NCBI GenBank assembly: GCA_028826165.1
Contig: JAPDFW010000125.1
Coordinates: 806,001-870,000 of the forward strand
DNA length: 64,000 bases
Direction of reading: 5' to 3'
From: Anaeramoeba ignava BMAN
Lineage: Eukaryota; Protista; Anaeramoebae
The translations under genes were made by a program, and so were the position numbers. This document shows positions 22,910-36,443 of the stretch, one piece after another (position 1 is the stretch's first letter; each line of letters opens with the position of its first letter). The notes beneath the pieces are model-generated. The model searched no databases, was not told the DNA's origin, and saw nothing but the letters and a program-made list of their open reading frames with translations.

Positions 22910-24520
22910 ATGAAAAATTTAAATAAAGAAAATCAACTTCTTATTGATATAAAAAAACTTTACACACAATCAATATTATCAGATTTTACAATTATAACAG
23001 AAAAGAATAAGAAATTTTTCTGTCACAAAAATATTCTTGCATGTCGTTCTTCTTATTTCAGAACTTACTTTTGTGAATCAACAGAAAATGAAATAATTTT
23101 TTCTAATATTAAACCTAAAATTGTTGATATTATTCTCAACTATATATATACAAATGAACTTGATTTATCAGATCTTACTTTTATTGATCGTTTCAATTTA
23201 TCTCAATTTGGTTCAAAATTAATTCCTTCCTTAAATTGGAAGTTTGAAATCAAACAAAATTTAAAGAAACTAAATGATTCTTTTTTAATTGATTTAAAAA
23301 ATTTAAATTTCAAAGATTTTTTACAAATTATCCAATTTTTCCTCAATGAAATTTATTTGAGTTTTCCAGATTTTTTTGATTCTGTAAACTTTGGGAAATT
23401 ATCTATTGAGAAGATTATTGAAATTATAAATATTGGGTACGAAAATCCAAAATTCACCAAAAATATAGAAATTATCAAATATTTTGCAAATTTTAATTTT
23501 GAAAAATTTAAATTAGATGATTTACAATTTAGACTTATTGGATATGATGTGAATCAATTAAAAACCAAAATCCAAAAAATAACAGACTTCATTTTCAAAG
23601 ATCCAGAATTTATTTTATATTATCTTAATGAAGATTTTGTGAAGAATGAAATTTGGAATAAATCAGATAATTTTTCAGAAAATTTAAAATTTTTAATCCA
23701 AAAATTTCAATATACAATTTATGAATCATTTGAAGAGAAATCGGAAGATTTTGAATTTTTAAGACAAAAAGTTGTTCCTTTTGATAAACAAGTTGAAATA
23801 TTGAATAAAAATTCCAATCTACAAATCAAGAAAAAAATTAATCAAGAAGAAAAAACAAAATATATTGATAATCAAAAAACAAAAGAAGTAACAAGTAGTA
23901 AGGAAATTGATCAAAAAAGAAAATCTCAAAATTTTCCAAAACAAATTTTTGCAAATCTTAATCAAATTTTTGAAAAAAAAAGGAAAACAAAAATTGGATG
24001 GAATTTAATATTTGAAACAAAAATTTCAACTCTTTCATCTTTTCATGAAAATTGTGATAATAAACCAAATTTAATAGCAATAATTGAAACAAATTCACAG
24101 GATATTTTTGGGGGTTATACTTCAGTTGGATGGAATTTCAAGAACAAAAACAAACAAGATTTTTCAAATAATATTTCCAAATTTTTAATTAAAGATCCAA
24201 ATGCTTTTTTATTCATTTTGCAAATTGAAGGCAAAATTCAAGAAAACCCTTTAATTTTCAATATCAAAGATTCTCATGTTGATAGTTCTATTGGTTATAA
24301 CAAAGATATTTCAATATTTTTCGCTTTTGATCTTCTTATTCCAATTGATCAATCAAATTCTAGTTTTATTTCTTTATTTAATGATAAAAATTCTCGAAAA
24401 TATGAATCATTAAATCAAAAAGAGAATGAAAAAGGATTAAAATTTTTTGGAAAATTAAATAATCAAAAATTGAAAAAGATGAAAATTTTTCAACTTGAAT
24501 TTAAAGAAAATAATTTTTAA
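22910..24520 (+). CDS. BTB/POZ + TLDc domain protein
   Basis: First ATG at 22910. BTB motif LSDFTII...FFCHKNILACRSSYF...ILNYIYT; TLDc motifs FHENCDNKP, DIFGGYTSVGW, DPNAFLF. Confidence 0.85.
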   Translation: MKNLNKENQLLIDIKKLYTQSILSDFTIITEKNKKFFCHKNILACRSSYFRTYFCESTENEIIFSNIKPKIVDIILNYIYTNELDLSDLTFIDRFNLSQFGSKLIPSLNWKFEIKQNLKKLNDSFLIDLKNLNFKDFLQIIQFFLNEIYLSFPDFFDSVNFGKLSIEKIIEIINIGYENPKFTKNIEIIKYFANFNFEKFKLDDLQFRLIGYDVNQLKTKIQKITDFIFKDPEFILYYLNEDFVKNEIWNKSDNFSENLKFLIQKFQYTIYESFEEKSEDFEFLRQKVVPFDKQVEILNKNSNLQIKKKINQEEKTKYIDNQKTKEVTSSKEIDQKRKSQNFPKQIFANLNQIFEKKRKTKIGWNLIFETKISTLSSFHENCDNKPNLIAIIETNSQDIFGGYTSVGWNFKNKNKQDFSNNISKFLIKDPNAFLFILQIEGKIQENPLIFNIKDSHVDSSIGYNKDISIFFAFDLLIPIDQSNSSFISLFNDKNSRKYESLNQKENEKGLKFFGKLNNQKLKKMKIFQLEFKENNF

Positions 24521-24565
24521 AAAATAAAAATTTTTCATTTTTTTCTTTTCATTTTTTTTAAAAAA

Positions 24566-25507
24566 ATGAATTTTGTTTTAAATTCAAATTCAAATTTAAA
24601 TTTAATTAACTTTAAATCTTCAACAAAATATTTGCTATCATCATTATCTTCATTATTTACAAAAAGATATTTTGTTTTTAGACCAAAAAATATTTTATGG
24701 AAAAAAATGGTTAATGAAGAAAAATTAAAAGAAATTGAAAAAAAACGAATGAAAAATGAAAACTTTTTAAAATATTCAGAAGAAATTAAAAAATTTCCAA
24801 AAAACTGGAAAAGAATATGTCCAGTTTGCAAAAAACCAAATCAATCAATATCATATCGATGTTCATTATGTGGATTTCAATTAGAAAAAGAAGATATTGA
24901 AAAATATGATCCAAATCTTTTTGGGAAAATAGCAAATCAAAAAGCAGAATATGATAAAAATCGATTGATTTTATATCAAGATTCAGAAATTGTTTGTTTG
25001 GAAGATGCTTTTAAAATTAGTGAAATACATTTTTTAGTGATTCCAAAAACAAAAATTGAAACAGTAAATCAATTGAAAGCAAATCATTGCGGAATGGTCA
25101 AGAAAATGTATAGAATTGGATTTGAAATTGCAGTTGCTTATGCAAGATCTTTAAATAATGAAACTGGAAAAATTTATCGAAAAATGGATTTTCATGAATT
25201 ATCAAAAAGATTTGTTTGTGGATTCAATTTGCCTGTTTCTATTGATTGGCTTCATCTTCATGCTTCTTTTCCTCCGTTTAAACTCTCTAATTGTTTTCGT
25301 TATCCTAGATTTAATCCTATTGAAAATGTTATTTTTGATTTGGAACATTTTCAAAAAGTTAATCCTTTTATTTTAAATTTTAAAGAAAATGAAAGTGAAT
25401 TAGCAAATCCAGATTATAAGATGAATATTTATTGGAGAGATAAAATAAGAGATAATCAAAAAGATATTTTAGAAAAAATAGAAAAAGAAAAAAATAAAAA
25501 ATTTTGA
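24566..25507 (+). CDS. Zinc-ribbon + HIT-family (HINT3/aprataxin/DcpS-C-like) hydrolase
   Basis: CPVC...CSLCG zinc ribbon; HFLVIPK and GFNLPVSIDWLHLHA HIT motifs. The start could alternatively be ATG 24707. Confidence 0.7.
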   Translation: MNFVLNSNSNLNLINFKSSTKYLLSSLSSLFTKRYFVFRPKNILWKKMVNEEKLKEIEKKRMKNENFLKYSEEIKKFPKNWKRICPVCKKPNQSISYRCSLCGFQLEKEDIEKYDPNLFGKIANQKAEYDKNRLILYQDSEIVCLEDAFKISEIHFLVIPKTKIETVNQLKANHCGMVKKMYRIGFEIAVAYARSLNNETGKIYRKMDFHELSKRFVCGFNLPVSIDWLHLHASFPPFKLSNCFRYPRFNPIENVIFDLEHFQKVNPFILNFKENESELANPDYKMNIYWRDKIRDNQKDILEKIEKEKNKKF

Positions 25508-25647
25508 ATTTAATAAAATTCAAAAAAAGAAATCAAATCAAGAAATTAAGAAAGAAAACATCCTTAAAAGAAAAAAGAAACAAGAAATAAAATTGAAAAT
25601 AAAGAGATTAAATAATTTCTTATATTTTTTTTCTGTTTTAAATTTAA

Positions 25648-28600
25648 TTAATCAGTTTTGCTTTTTTCTTGTTCTTGAGAATCTTCACCTTGACTTTCAC
25701 TTAAATCAACTTCTTTAGGAGATTTATCATAAATAAGAGAATAAGGAGAATTTGGATTATCACGTTCATCAACAGAATCATTAGCAATATGAATTGAATG
25801 AATTGTATTCCAATCATTATTCAAAATTAATTCATAATCAATTGAAATTGAAATAGGTTGAATTCCTTTATTGTTTTTTGCATTTCCTTCAATGAATTTT
25901 TTCTTCATTGATTTTAAATCCTTTTTGATATTTTGAGATTCTTTTTTATTCGCTGATGATTTAAACCTATTAAAATCATTTTTAGGCCAGCGAACATCAA
26001 ATAAATTAGGATTAGAATCAAAAGCCCAAATAAAATCTTGAAGAGAAACAATATTAGTATTATTTTCATCAAAAATCAATGTTTGAATTTGACAGTTTGA
26101 TTGAGAAATCATTGTTGCTAATGCTTTCAATGGTTTTTCTCCCAAATGATTTCCCGAAATATCAAGAGCAATTAGATTTGTTCTTCCTGTTGAATTTTGG
26201 AAAACTTTCTCAATTTCAGGTCCAAGAAAATTTTTATCATTTCCTTTAATTCTTAGATATTGAAGATTTGCCTTTTGGAATAATTTTGAAAGAGGCTCTA
26301 AAATTTTAACTGTGTTTTTTGCTTTAACAATATTTCTTGATAAAGAGACTTTTTTAAGCAAAACCAGTTTGGAAAGAGATTCAGAAACTAAAGCCAAACC
26401 TTCAGCTTTGAATTTATTATCATCAAGAATAATTTCATCCAAAGAATCTGAATCAGGATGAGAATCAATTACTTTTGCAAGACATTTAGCTCCTTGGAAA
26501 CCAATATCGTTTCCTCCAAGTTTGAGTGAGAAATTTTTGATTGATTTATTAGAGAGAATTTCGTTTAAAATATCAGCACAATTTTCACTTGAAATTTTAG
26601 TTCTTGTCAAATCAAGTTCTTTAAGAGTTTTAGTTTCTTTAAGCATTGTTGCAACTGAAATATAAGTTCTTTTTTCAAATCGATTTTCAGACAAATTAAG
26701 GAATTGAAGAGATAGTCCAGAACAGTTTTTTGCGATTGATAACGCTGCTACTCCAATATCAAGCGAGCAATTAGAAAGATTTAATGTTGCCAAAACACTT
26801 TCCATTTGAGTTGATTGCATCCATTTGTTAAATCCTTCTGTCCCAATTTTGCCGAAGTTATTATGCGAGAGATTCAAATAAGAAATTGTTCTGTGTCTGT
26901 GATTTTTTGTAAGAGCCTCAAATAACATGGAAATTGATTTACCACTAAGTTGACAAAATGAGAGATCGAGATAAACCAATCCTGTTTGCATTGAACGGAT
27001 TCCATTAGTAAATGATTCCATTTTGTTTTCGGGTATTTTGTTTATTGAAAGATCCAAGTGAGTCAAAGGTAGTTTCTTGTTTTGTTGAAGAGATTCACCA
27101 AATTTTTCAAAACCTTCTGAAGTATTTGTTCCACTTAAAGTTATTTTAGTTAAATTGCAATTCCATGAAATTGTCATGCTTGCAAGTGAAATGATATCCC
27201 TTTTGGCTACGTTTCTTACTATTAATTGATTGAAGAAAGGGTTATATCTTAGTGCAGCAAATATTGCTGCTATGCTGTTATTTTGTTCTTGTGCAAATTT
27301 GTCTAGATTTTTCAATCCTGTTAAATCAAATATTCTTTTTTTTTCTTCATCATTTCCTGATAGTATTTCTTTTTGTACAAAATTAATGAATTCGGAATTT
27401 GGTGGTGTTGAATAATAGTTAGACCAAGCATTATAAGCATCTAAAAATCCATCTGCTTGACTTGTTTCTTTTTTTTTTATTTATTTATTTTAATATTTTA
27501 AAAAATATATTTATATTTATATTTATATTTTTTTTTTACCAATATCAAATGGTCCTAATCTAAAACAAATTTAAAAATAATTTATTTAAGAATTTTATTT
27601 AAGAATTTTATTTAAGAATTTTATAAATAATTTTATAAATAATTTTATAAATAATTTTATATTTAAGTTTATATTTAATTTTATAAATAATTTTATATTT
27701 AATTTTATATTTAATTTTATAAATAATTTTATATTTAATTTTATAAATAATTTTATAAATAATTTTATAAATAATTTTATAAATAATTTTATAAATAATT
27801 TTATAAATAATTTTATATTTAATTTTATAAATAATTTAATAATTAATTTTTATAATTAATTTTATATTTAATTTTATAAATAATTTTATAAATAATTTTA
27901 TTAATAATTTTATAAATAATTTTATATTTAATTTTATAAATAATTTTATATTTAATTTTATAAATAATTTTTATATTTAATTTTTATAAATAATTTTTAT
28001 AAATAATTTTATTAATAATTTTATAAATAATTTTATAAATAATTTTATATTTAATTTTATATTTAATTTTGTAAATAATTTTATAATTAATTTTATAAAT
28101 AATTTTATATTTAATTTTATATTTAATTTTATATATAATTTTATAAATAATTTTTATTTTATTTTATAATAATTTTATAAATAATTTTATAAATAATTTT
28201 ATATATAATTTTATAAATAATTTTATTAATAATTTTATAAATAATTTTATAAATAATTTTATAAATAATTTTATATTTAATTTTATAAATAATTTTTATA
28301 TTTAATTTTATAATTAATTTTTATAAATAATTTTATAATTAATTTTTATAATTAATTTTATAATTAATTTTATAATTAATTATATATTTAATTTTATAAA
28401 TAATTTTATAAATAATTTTATAAATAATTTTATAAATATTTTTTTTAATTTTATAATAATTTTTTATAAATAATTTTTTATAAATAATTTTATAAATAAT
28501 TTTATAAATAATTTTATAAATAATTTTATAAATAATTTTATAAATAATTTTATAATTAATTTTATAAATAATTTTATAAATAATTTTATAAATAATTTTA

Positions 28601-29342
28601 TAATTAATTTTATAATTAATTTTATATATAATTTTATAAATAATTTTATAAATAATTTTATATATAATTTTATAAATAATTTTATATATAATTTTATATA
28701 TAATTTTATAAATAATTTTATAATTAATTTAATATATAATTTTATATTTAATTTTATATTTAATTTTATATTTAATTTTATATTTAATTTTAAATTTACC
28801 TTCCTTCAGGAATACATGAAAATTTTAAATAATGTTCTTCTGGTATTCCAAGACTTATTTTTAAATAATTCTTTAAAATTGTTTCTGTAATTTCATTTGC
28901 TTTTTCAGAAGTAATTTCAAGTTCAAAATCTTTAAAAACTGCTTTTAACTAAAAAAATAAAAAAAATTTATTTTAAAAAAATTATTTAAAAATTGAATTA
29001 AAGTTCTTTTACTTTTTTATCATCAAAACTTGTTAATTCTTTTAAATCAAAAAGATGGCCATTTCGACAAATCTAAAAAAAAATTTTTTTTTAAGAAAAT
29101 GAATTGGAAAAAAAAATTCAAATTGTTTTTTTTTTTAATTTTTTTTTTACTTTTGCTTTTATTGAAGTTTTTCTTTTTCCAAACGTTATAACTCTATATG
29201 AAGTTAAAACAACTAATCTATCTTCAACTTTGTTTTTTGCTTTTTGTTTTGTAATCCATTCAAGAAATTGTATTTTTTCTCCTGGTAAAAGATTTGAAAT
29301 TGTTGATTTAATTTTATCTGTAACTTCTTTTTTATCACTCAT
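25648..29342 (-). CDS. CARMIL/LRRC16-like PH + leucine-rich repeat protein (5 exons)
   Basis: Exons 29342-29151, 29072-29013, 28948-28800, 27559-27540 (20-nt microexon) and 27467-25648 join in frame. Motifs VEDRLVVLTSYRV, GHLFDL, ALRYNPFF, RI-type LRRs, LDISGNHLG. Confidence 0.8.
27580..28790. repeat. Intronic (TAATTTTATAAA/TAATTTTATATT)n 12-mer array
   Basis: Fills the 1.24-kb intron of the CARMIL-like gene. Confidence 0.9.
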
Positions 29343-29361
29343 TTTAAAATTTTAAATATAA

Positions 29362-29440
29362 AAAAAATGGAAAAAAAAAATGAAAAAAATGAAAAAATTT
29401 TTTTTTGCTTTTTTTTTTCATTTTTTTTTTCATTTTTTTT
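29362..29440. promoter_or_regulatory. Compact bidirectional promoter with outward-facing TCATTTTT motifs
   Basis: 183 bp separate divergent ATGs 29342 and 29526. AAAAATGA copies lie on the left and TCATTTTT copies on the right. Confidence 0.5.
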
Positions 29441-29525
29441 TTCTTGTAATTTCTTAATTTCTTTTTCTATTTTTTGTTAGTTTGTGATATTTACATTTTT
29501 TTATAAAAGATTTTTTTAAAAAAAC

Positions 29526-31217
29526 ATGTCAAAAAATTTTGAAAAATTTCAAAAAAATCAAGAAAAAGTAAAAATTAAAAAATTAAATTATAGAAAAAAA
29601 ATTTAATTTAAAAATAAAAATTTAAATTATTAAAATAAATAGAAAAATAAAGAAGAAACTAATTTAAACGAAGAAAAAGAAAATCATAAAGAAAATGAAA
29701 ATGAAAATGAAAAAGAAAAAAAAGTTTCAAATATGAAAACAAAAATACAAAATTTTAAAGAGAAAAATAAACAATTAGAAGAAAAAGAAATTGCATTAAA
29801 AGATAGATTAGAAAGTGTGCTTAAAGATTGCAAAATTCTAAGAAAACAAAATTCAGAATCACAAGAAGAAAATGAAAAATTAAATGAAGAAATTGATAAT
29901 TTAAAAATTCAACTTGAAAATGAAACTCATTATTTTGAACAAATACAAAAGAAACTGGATAAAAATGCATCACAAATGAAAGAACTCAAAAAACAATTAA
30001 CAATTCTTGAGCAATATCAACATAATCTTAATATTTCTTATAGTGATTATGATAGATTAAAAAAAGAAAATGAAAAAAAAAATGCAATAATTGATACTTT
30101 GAAATGTAACATTGAAGAACAAAATGAGGAACTAGGAAAAGTTATTCAAAACAAAGAAACAGAAATTATACAAAAACAGGAAGAAATTCAGCAATTAAAT
30201 ACCCAATTACAATCATCAAAAAAAGAGTTATTTTCTTTACAAACAACTTTTGCTCAAACAACTAAAGAATTGGAAAAAATTTTTTCACAACTTGAAACTG
30301 CAAGCAAAGTTATTGAAAATTTAACTAAATCAAATGATATCTTTAAGAAAAAAATTGTTCATCTTGAAAAACAATTACATTTGATTAATATTGTTAAGAG
30401 TAAAATGAATCAAGAATTAATTGAAAAGGAAAATATTTCAAAACAATTAAGAGAAAGAATTAATTCTTTAGAAGGTTTTCTTAAAAATAAATCCCATCAA
30501 AATACAATTTTGTTAGAAAAAAATGATCATTTAGAAAAAGTTATCATTTCTTTAAAGAAAATAATTGAACAAAAAGATCAAGAAATTGAAGAATATAATA
30601 CAAAAATAATGTTTCTTTCAAAAAATTCAAATCAAAATTCATTTAAAAATTCAAATCAAAATCCAATTAAAAATCCAATTAAAAATCCAAATCAAAATCC
30701 AATTAAAAATCAAAAAATTTCTCCTAATTTTTTAAAAAGAAAATCTCCTTTAAATGCTGAAGAATTTCAAGAAATTATTAAAAATAAAAATCAAAAAATT
30801 AATCTTTTAACAGATTCAAATTCAAAATTAAATCAAGATCTTCAAAAAAAAGATCAAAATATAAGATCTATTAATGAAAAATTAGATAAAATTAAAAATG
30901 AAAATTCAAAATTTACAAATCAAATTAATCAATTAAAAGAAAAAAATCGAGATTTAATTCAAAGAAAACAAATTCAAACTCAAAATCAAAAAGAAATTAT
31001 TTCAAAATTAACAGAAAAATTAAAATTAATTGAAAATGGAATTTTAAAAGAAAATCAAAATTTAATTAATTCTGAATTAAATGAAATTAGAATTTTATTA
31101 AATAGAATTACACCTAAAACACCAACAAAACAAGAAACAAATATAAATCCAAATCCAAAATCCAAATCCAAATCAAAATCAAAATATAAAGAAGAATTAA
31201 TTTTTAAAATTAAGTAA
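29526..31217 (+). CDS. Long coiled-coil protein of unknown function (2 exons)
   Basis: Exon 29526-29567 splices in frame to 29643-31217; K/E/Q/L heptads throughout. Confidence 0.75.
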
Positions 31218-31285
31218 AATTAATTTAATAAGAAAAAATTTTTTTCTAAAATTTTTTTTTTCATTTTTTTCTTTTTTTTTAAAAA

Positions 31286-32666
31286 ATGGAATTCTTAACT
31301 AAAATAATTCTTCCTCAAATTGAAGAAATAAATAAAAGTTAAAATTTTTTCTTTTAAATCAAAAAATTTTTAAAAAATTTAAAAACAAAAAAAAAATTTA
31401 TTAATTTAAAAAAAAAAAAAAATGAATTATATATATTAATAATAGATGCAATTGATTGTGGAGATCAAAAACTCATTGCTTTTGCATCTAATTCAACCAT
31501 TTTTATATTCGATCCTTTTAATATGGTTATTATCCAACAATTTGAAACCAACATTCATTCAATTACTCATCTTTGTTGGTAAAAAAACAGGAATTGATTT
31601 ATTTTATAAAACAGCATAAATGAAGAATTAAATAATAATTCCAAAAAAAAATATAAATAACAATTTTAATATAAAGGTGTCCTATTACGATCCACTGTGA
31701 GATTAAAAAACCATCCGATCTAATTTTAATTGGAAATTCATCAGGAGATTTATCAATTTGGGAATCAAGAAGAGGAAAATTATGGCAACAATTACCACAT
31801 ACAAAAAAATCAAAGCAAAGATTATTGCTAGACCTTAAATGGATCAAATTTAAATCATGTTTATTTATTGTTGCATTATTTAATCCTTTTTTGATTGTTT
31901 TTTATTCAATTTCTGATTATCAAAATTCACCTTTTCTTCAAGAAATTGATTTAACAGAAAATTTCCAGCCAAATGATAAACTTCAATCTTTTGAATTTCA
32001 TCCTGAAAAACCAGGTTTAGTTGCTGTATTTTCGGATAAAGGAGATTTTATGATTTCATTAAGTAATATTAATTTACTCAAGAAAATTAAGAAGAAAATT
32101 CAAATTCAAAAATTTTAATTAGAATTCAATTATTCACAACCTCAATTTGATGATGGAAAAGTGGAAAAAATGAGTGAAATTCTTTCACTTTTTTCAACGG
32201 AATTTGAAGATCCTTTAGATTCAATAATTTTCAACCATGCAATTTTTAATCCAAGAAAAAAACATTTAATTCATCTTATTTTCAATCGACTTGTTATTGT
32301 TTTTGATATTTTTCACAAGAAAATTGTTGGACATTTTTTTATCAAAGATTCAAAACCTCCAATTATTCAAGCGCAATATTTTTCTTCAGGAAATTATTGG
32401 TTGTTTTTTCATGAAGATTGTTCAATTTCAATTATTGGCGAAACTCTGAAAAATAATTATTATCATTTTAATCTCATTTCTTTTATTCGAATTGCTGATT
32501 CTTTTGAGCATCTTGCTTATTATCCAATTTCAAAATTAATTTTAACACGTGAAGAATCAAATCAATGTTTATTTTTTGCTGGAAACAAAATGTTTGATTA
32601 TTTTAAAAATTTAAATTAATTTGATTGGAAAATTATATCAAGAAATTCATTTTTCAAATTTGAAAT

Positions 32667-32701
<35 letters not shown>

Positions 32702-35700
32702 CTTTTCTTATTGTTAAATTTAATAGTTGGAAATGGAAATTTAAATTTGATGATCGTTTTAAATTTAGATCAACTTTATCAGGATTTTATGAAATGATTG
32801 GAAATGAAATTAATTGCTTATCAGTTTATTCCAGAAGAAGATCAAAAATCAAATATATTGCTCTTGGCTCAACAAATGGTTCTATTCAAGTATTTATTTT
32901 TTTTGGGAGGAATAAAACAACAATATTATTAATGAATTATTTTTTTTATTTATCTTTTGGATTTATTTAGATTGTGGATAGTTTAACAGGGATTCTTTAT
33001 AAAAAATTTGAATTAATGGAAATGTGTATTTCTGGAATTGATTGGATTGATTCACATACATTAATTTGTTTGGGAGCTCAACAGTATTTTTTTCTTCCAA
33101 AACAAAAATATAATTTTTGAATTTTTTGAAACAAAATAATTTTTTTTTTTCATTTGAAGATTTGAAAAAAAATCTATCAATCAAATTGTTATGTTAGATA
33201 TTAATACAGGAATATCCAAAAACATTATTCAATTAGAGCTTTTAAATGATTCTATTAACAAAATATGTGTTTCAGTTGATGGTCAATATTTAGCAATAAT
33301 TTATAACCAATTGTAAATTTCCAGTTAAATTTATTTAAAACTTCATTTAAAACTTCATTTAAAACTTCATTTAAAACTTCATTTAAAACTTTATTTAAAA
33401 CTTCATTTAAAACTTTATTTAAAAATTGATTTAAAACTTAATTTAAAAAATTATTTAAAAATTGATTATAAAATTGATTATAAAATTTATTTAAAAATTT
33501 ATTTAAAAATTTATTTAAAACTTGATTTAAAAATTGATTTAAAAATTGTTTTAAAAATTTATTTAAAAATTGATTTAAAACTTCAAATTAAATTGATTTA
33601 AAACTTAATTTAAAAATTGATTTAAAAATTTATTTAAAATTTGATTTAAAAATTGATTATAAAATTGATTATAAAATTTATTTAAAAATTGATTTAAAAA
33701 TTCATTTAAAAATTCATTTAAAATTCATTTAAATTTCTTTTTCAAAGATCTTTTGAAATTTGGGATCTTCATAAAATACGAAAATTAGATAAAATTTTAT
33801 ATCCAAAAATTATTGATTTAGAATGGGGTGCAATTCTTTTAAATCAGAAATTAATTTCCTTTATTATTATTAAGAAACATGAAAGTAACAACATAAAACA
33901 ACATAAAACAAAAAAATAACAAAATAATTTCTTTAATTCAATTTGAAAATTTTGGATTAGTTTTTCTTTGTTCCTTTTCTGAACAAAAAATAATTGAAAA
34001 TAAATTTGTGAATTTTCCAAAATCTTTAGGAACTTTAACATGTGTTGCTTTTCATCGAAAGTATTGATTAAATTCAAATTAAAATTAATTAAAATTAAAA
34101 TAATTTCAAATTAAAATTAATTAAAATTAAAATAATTTCAAATTAAAATAATTTCAAATTAAAATAAATTCAAATAAAATAATTTTAAAGAGCATTTGCA
34201 GTTTCTAATTTAAGTGGAGTTATTCATCTTGTTAAATTTGTTCCAAAATCTGAAGTTAGTAGTAGTTCTATTGATATTTCGTTTTACAAAATGATATTTA
34301 GTCCAAGTCAAGAATTATATTTACTTGGAATTTCATCAGAAGGATTTGTTTATTTAATTGATTTTAATCAATCAAAACCTAATTTAATTAGAATGTCTGA
34401 AAATTCAAAAGAAATTGAAGTTAAAGATATTGCTTGGGTTGATGAAAAACATCCAATAATTTGTGAGAATAGTCAAATCAAATATTTTTATTATATCCTT
34501 TTTGTATATTAATCAAGAATATCTAATTATAGTGTGTTATGATGGATTTATTAGGATATTTAATCTCAATCTTGCAATTCAAAATGAAACCATTTCTTTC
34601 CAAAAATTCCCTTTTATTTGCAGAACACCTTATTTTCTTTCTTTTAAAAAACAAGAAATTTTAAGAACACTTTTACAAATTAGACATTCGTTTCCAAAAC
34701 CAAATCCAATTGAAAGTGAAGATGAAAATTTATTTGAAAAATCAAATTCAACTGACAATTTAATTGGAAATGAAAATTTAATTGAAAGTGAAGATGAAAA
34801 TTTTAATGAAAATGAAAATGAAAATGAAAATGAAAATTCATTTGAAAGTGAAGATGAAAAAATAATTGAAAAGCCAAAATCAATTTCAAATTCAAATTCC
34901 AAAAATTTACTTCAAAATCAATTTAATAATATTGAATTTTATCGAATTTCAAGAGATGACACTATTCATCAAATGGTTAAATTTACAGACAAAATGAAAT
35001 TAAACACGAAAAAAAAAATTTTGAGAATTCAATCAATTCCAAAAACTTTTCTTGAAATTGCGAAATTTTTTGGAGATCAAGAAGAGTTGAGATTTTGGAA
35101 ATTAGCACTTTATTATTTACAATTATTTTCATCAAAAAAAACAGAAGAAAAAGAAAAAGAAAAAGAAAAAGAAAATAATGAAGATAAATCAACAAAAATT
35201 GGAACTGAAATAAATGTTTATGAAAAAGAAAGTTTGAATACAAAAAATTTTCATTTTCCAAAAACTAAATCTTCAAATGTTTATGAATTAACAAATGATA
35301 ATTTGCAAAAATACAATCATCCAAATCATTCATTGTCACCAAAATATCGAGTATTGCAAACTAACGAAACAATTCGAAATGAAATATTTGAGGAATCCAA
35401 AATTAGATTAAACAATTCCACAACAGAAAATGAATTAAAATTAGACGAAATTGGAAAATTAATATTCACTAAGAAAAATGAATATGCGCTTCCTATTCTT
35501 CTTGGAACAGGAGGTTCAAACAATGATTCATGTGCCAATTTAATCAAAGCAGCAGTGATTTCATCACAAATATCAACAGAATCATTTATATCAACAATTA
35601 GTTCTATTGGAAGATTTTTTATTCAAAATAATAATTTTTGGGATGGAATTCAAATTCTTTGCGCTCTTGGATTGCATATGGAAGCTTGTCAGCATCTTAT

Positions 35701-36188
35701 TCTTTCAGGGTTTTGGAAAACTGCAAGTTTGATTGCCAAATTAAATCTCAATACAGAAAAAAGTCTTTCTATTTTTCGTCGATATGGAAATCATTTGATT
35801 CAAAAAAAACATAAAGTTAAAGCAATTGAAATTTTTCTTTGTGCTGGTGATTTTGAAAAAGTTATTGAACTTTTGTTTGAAATTAATCATATTGATACTG
35901 CTTTTTTCTTTTTTCAAGCTTGTATTCAATATTCTGTTATTTCTGATTATCAAGAAAATTTAAATGAAAATCAAAATTCAAATCAAAATCAAAATCAAAA
36001 TCAAAATTCAAAATCAAAATCAAAATCAAAATCAAACTTTATCTCTTTCAAATCTTGTTAAAATTGGTTTTAGTTCTCGCTTAATTGAACTTGGTTTTTC
36101 TCAACTTGCTATTCAAATTTTGGAATCTTGTGGTGATGAAGGTCAACAAATTATTCATACTTATTTAGAATCTCAAATTGATTTTTAA
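31286..36188 (+). CDS. WDR11: WD repeat-containing protein 11 homolog (~11 exons)
   Basis: N-terminal AIDCGDQKLIAFASNSTIFIFD and C-terminal FWDGIQILCALGLHMEACQHLILSGFWKTASLIAKLNL match WDR11 blocks. GT-AG introns can be traced. One frameshift inside the (CAAAAT)n tract near 36010 is assumed to be an error. Confidence 0.8.
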
Positions 36189-36443
36189 AGAAAAAAAAAT
36201 ATAAGAAAATTATTGTTTCTTTTCTTTTCTTTTCTTTTCGTTTCTTTTCTTTTCTTTTCTTTTCTTTTCTTTTTTCTTGTGATTTAATCTTTTTCTTATT
36301 TTTTTTAATAACAAAAATTAAAAAAAATAAAAATAAAATTTTTAATTTTGATAAAATAATTTTTTTAATCACAATTCTTCATAAAAAAAAAAAGATTAAA
36401 AAAGATAACAAAAATAATTTTCAATTTCCTTTTTTTTTAAAAA

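Noticed and set aside
35960-36061. Programmed frameshifting or pseudogenisation in WDR11 (also at ~59090 and ~59950)
   Set aside because: Each shift lies within a (CAAAAT)n or homopolymer tract and sensible protein sequence resumes afterwards; consensus sequencing error is more parsimonious.
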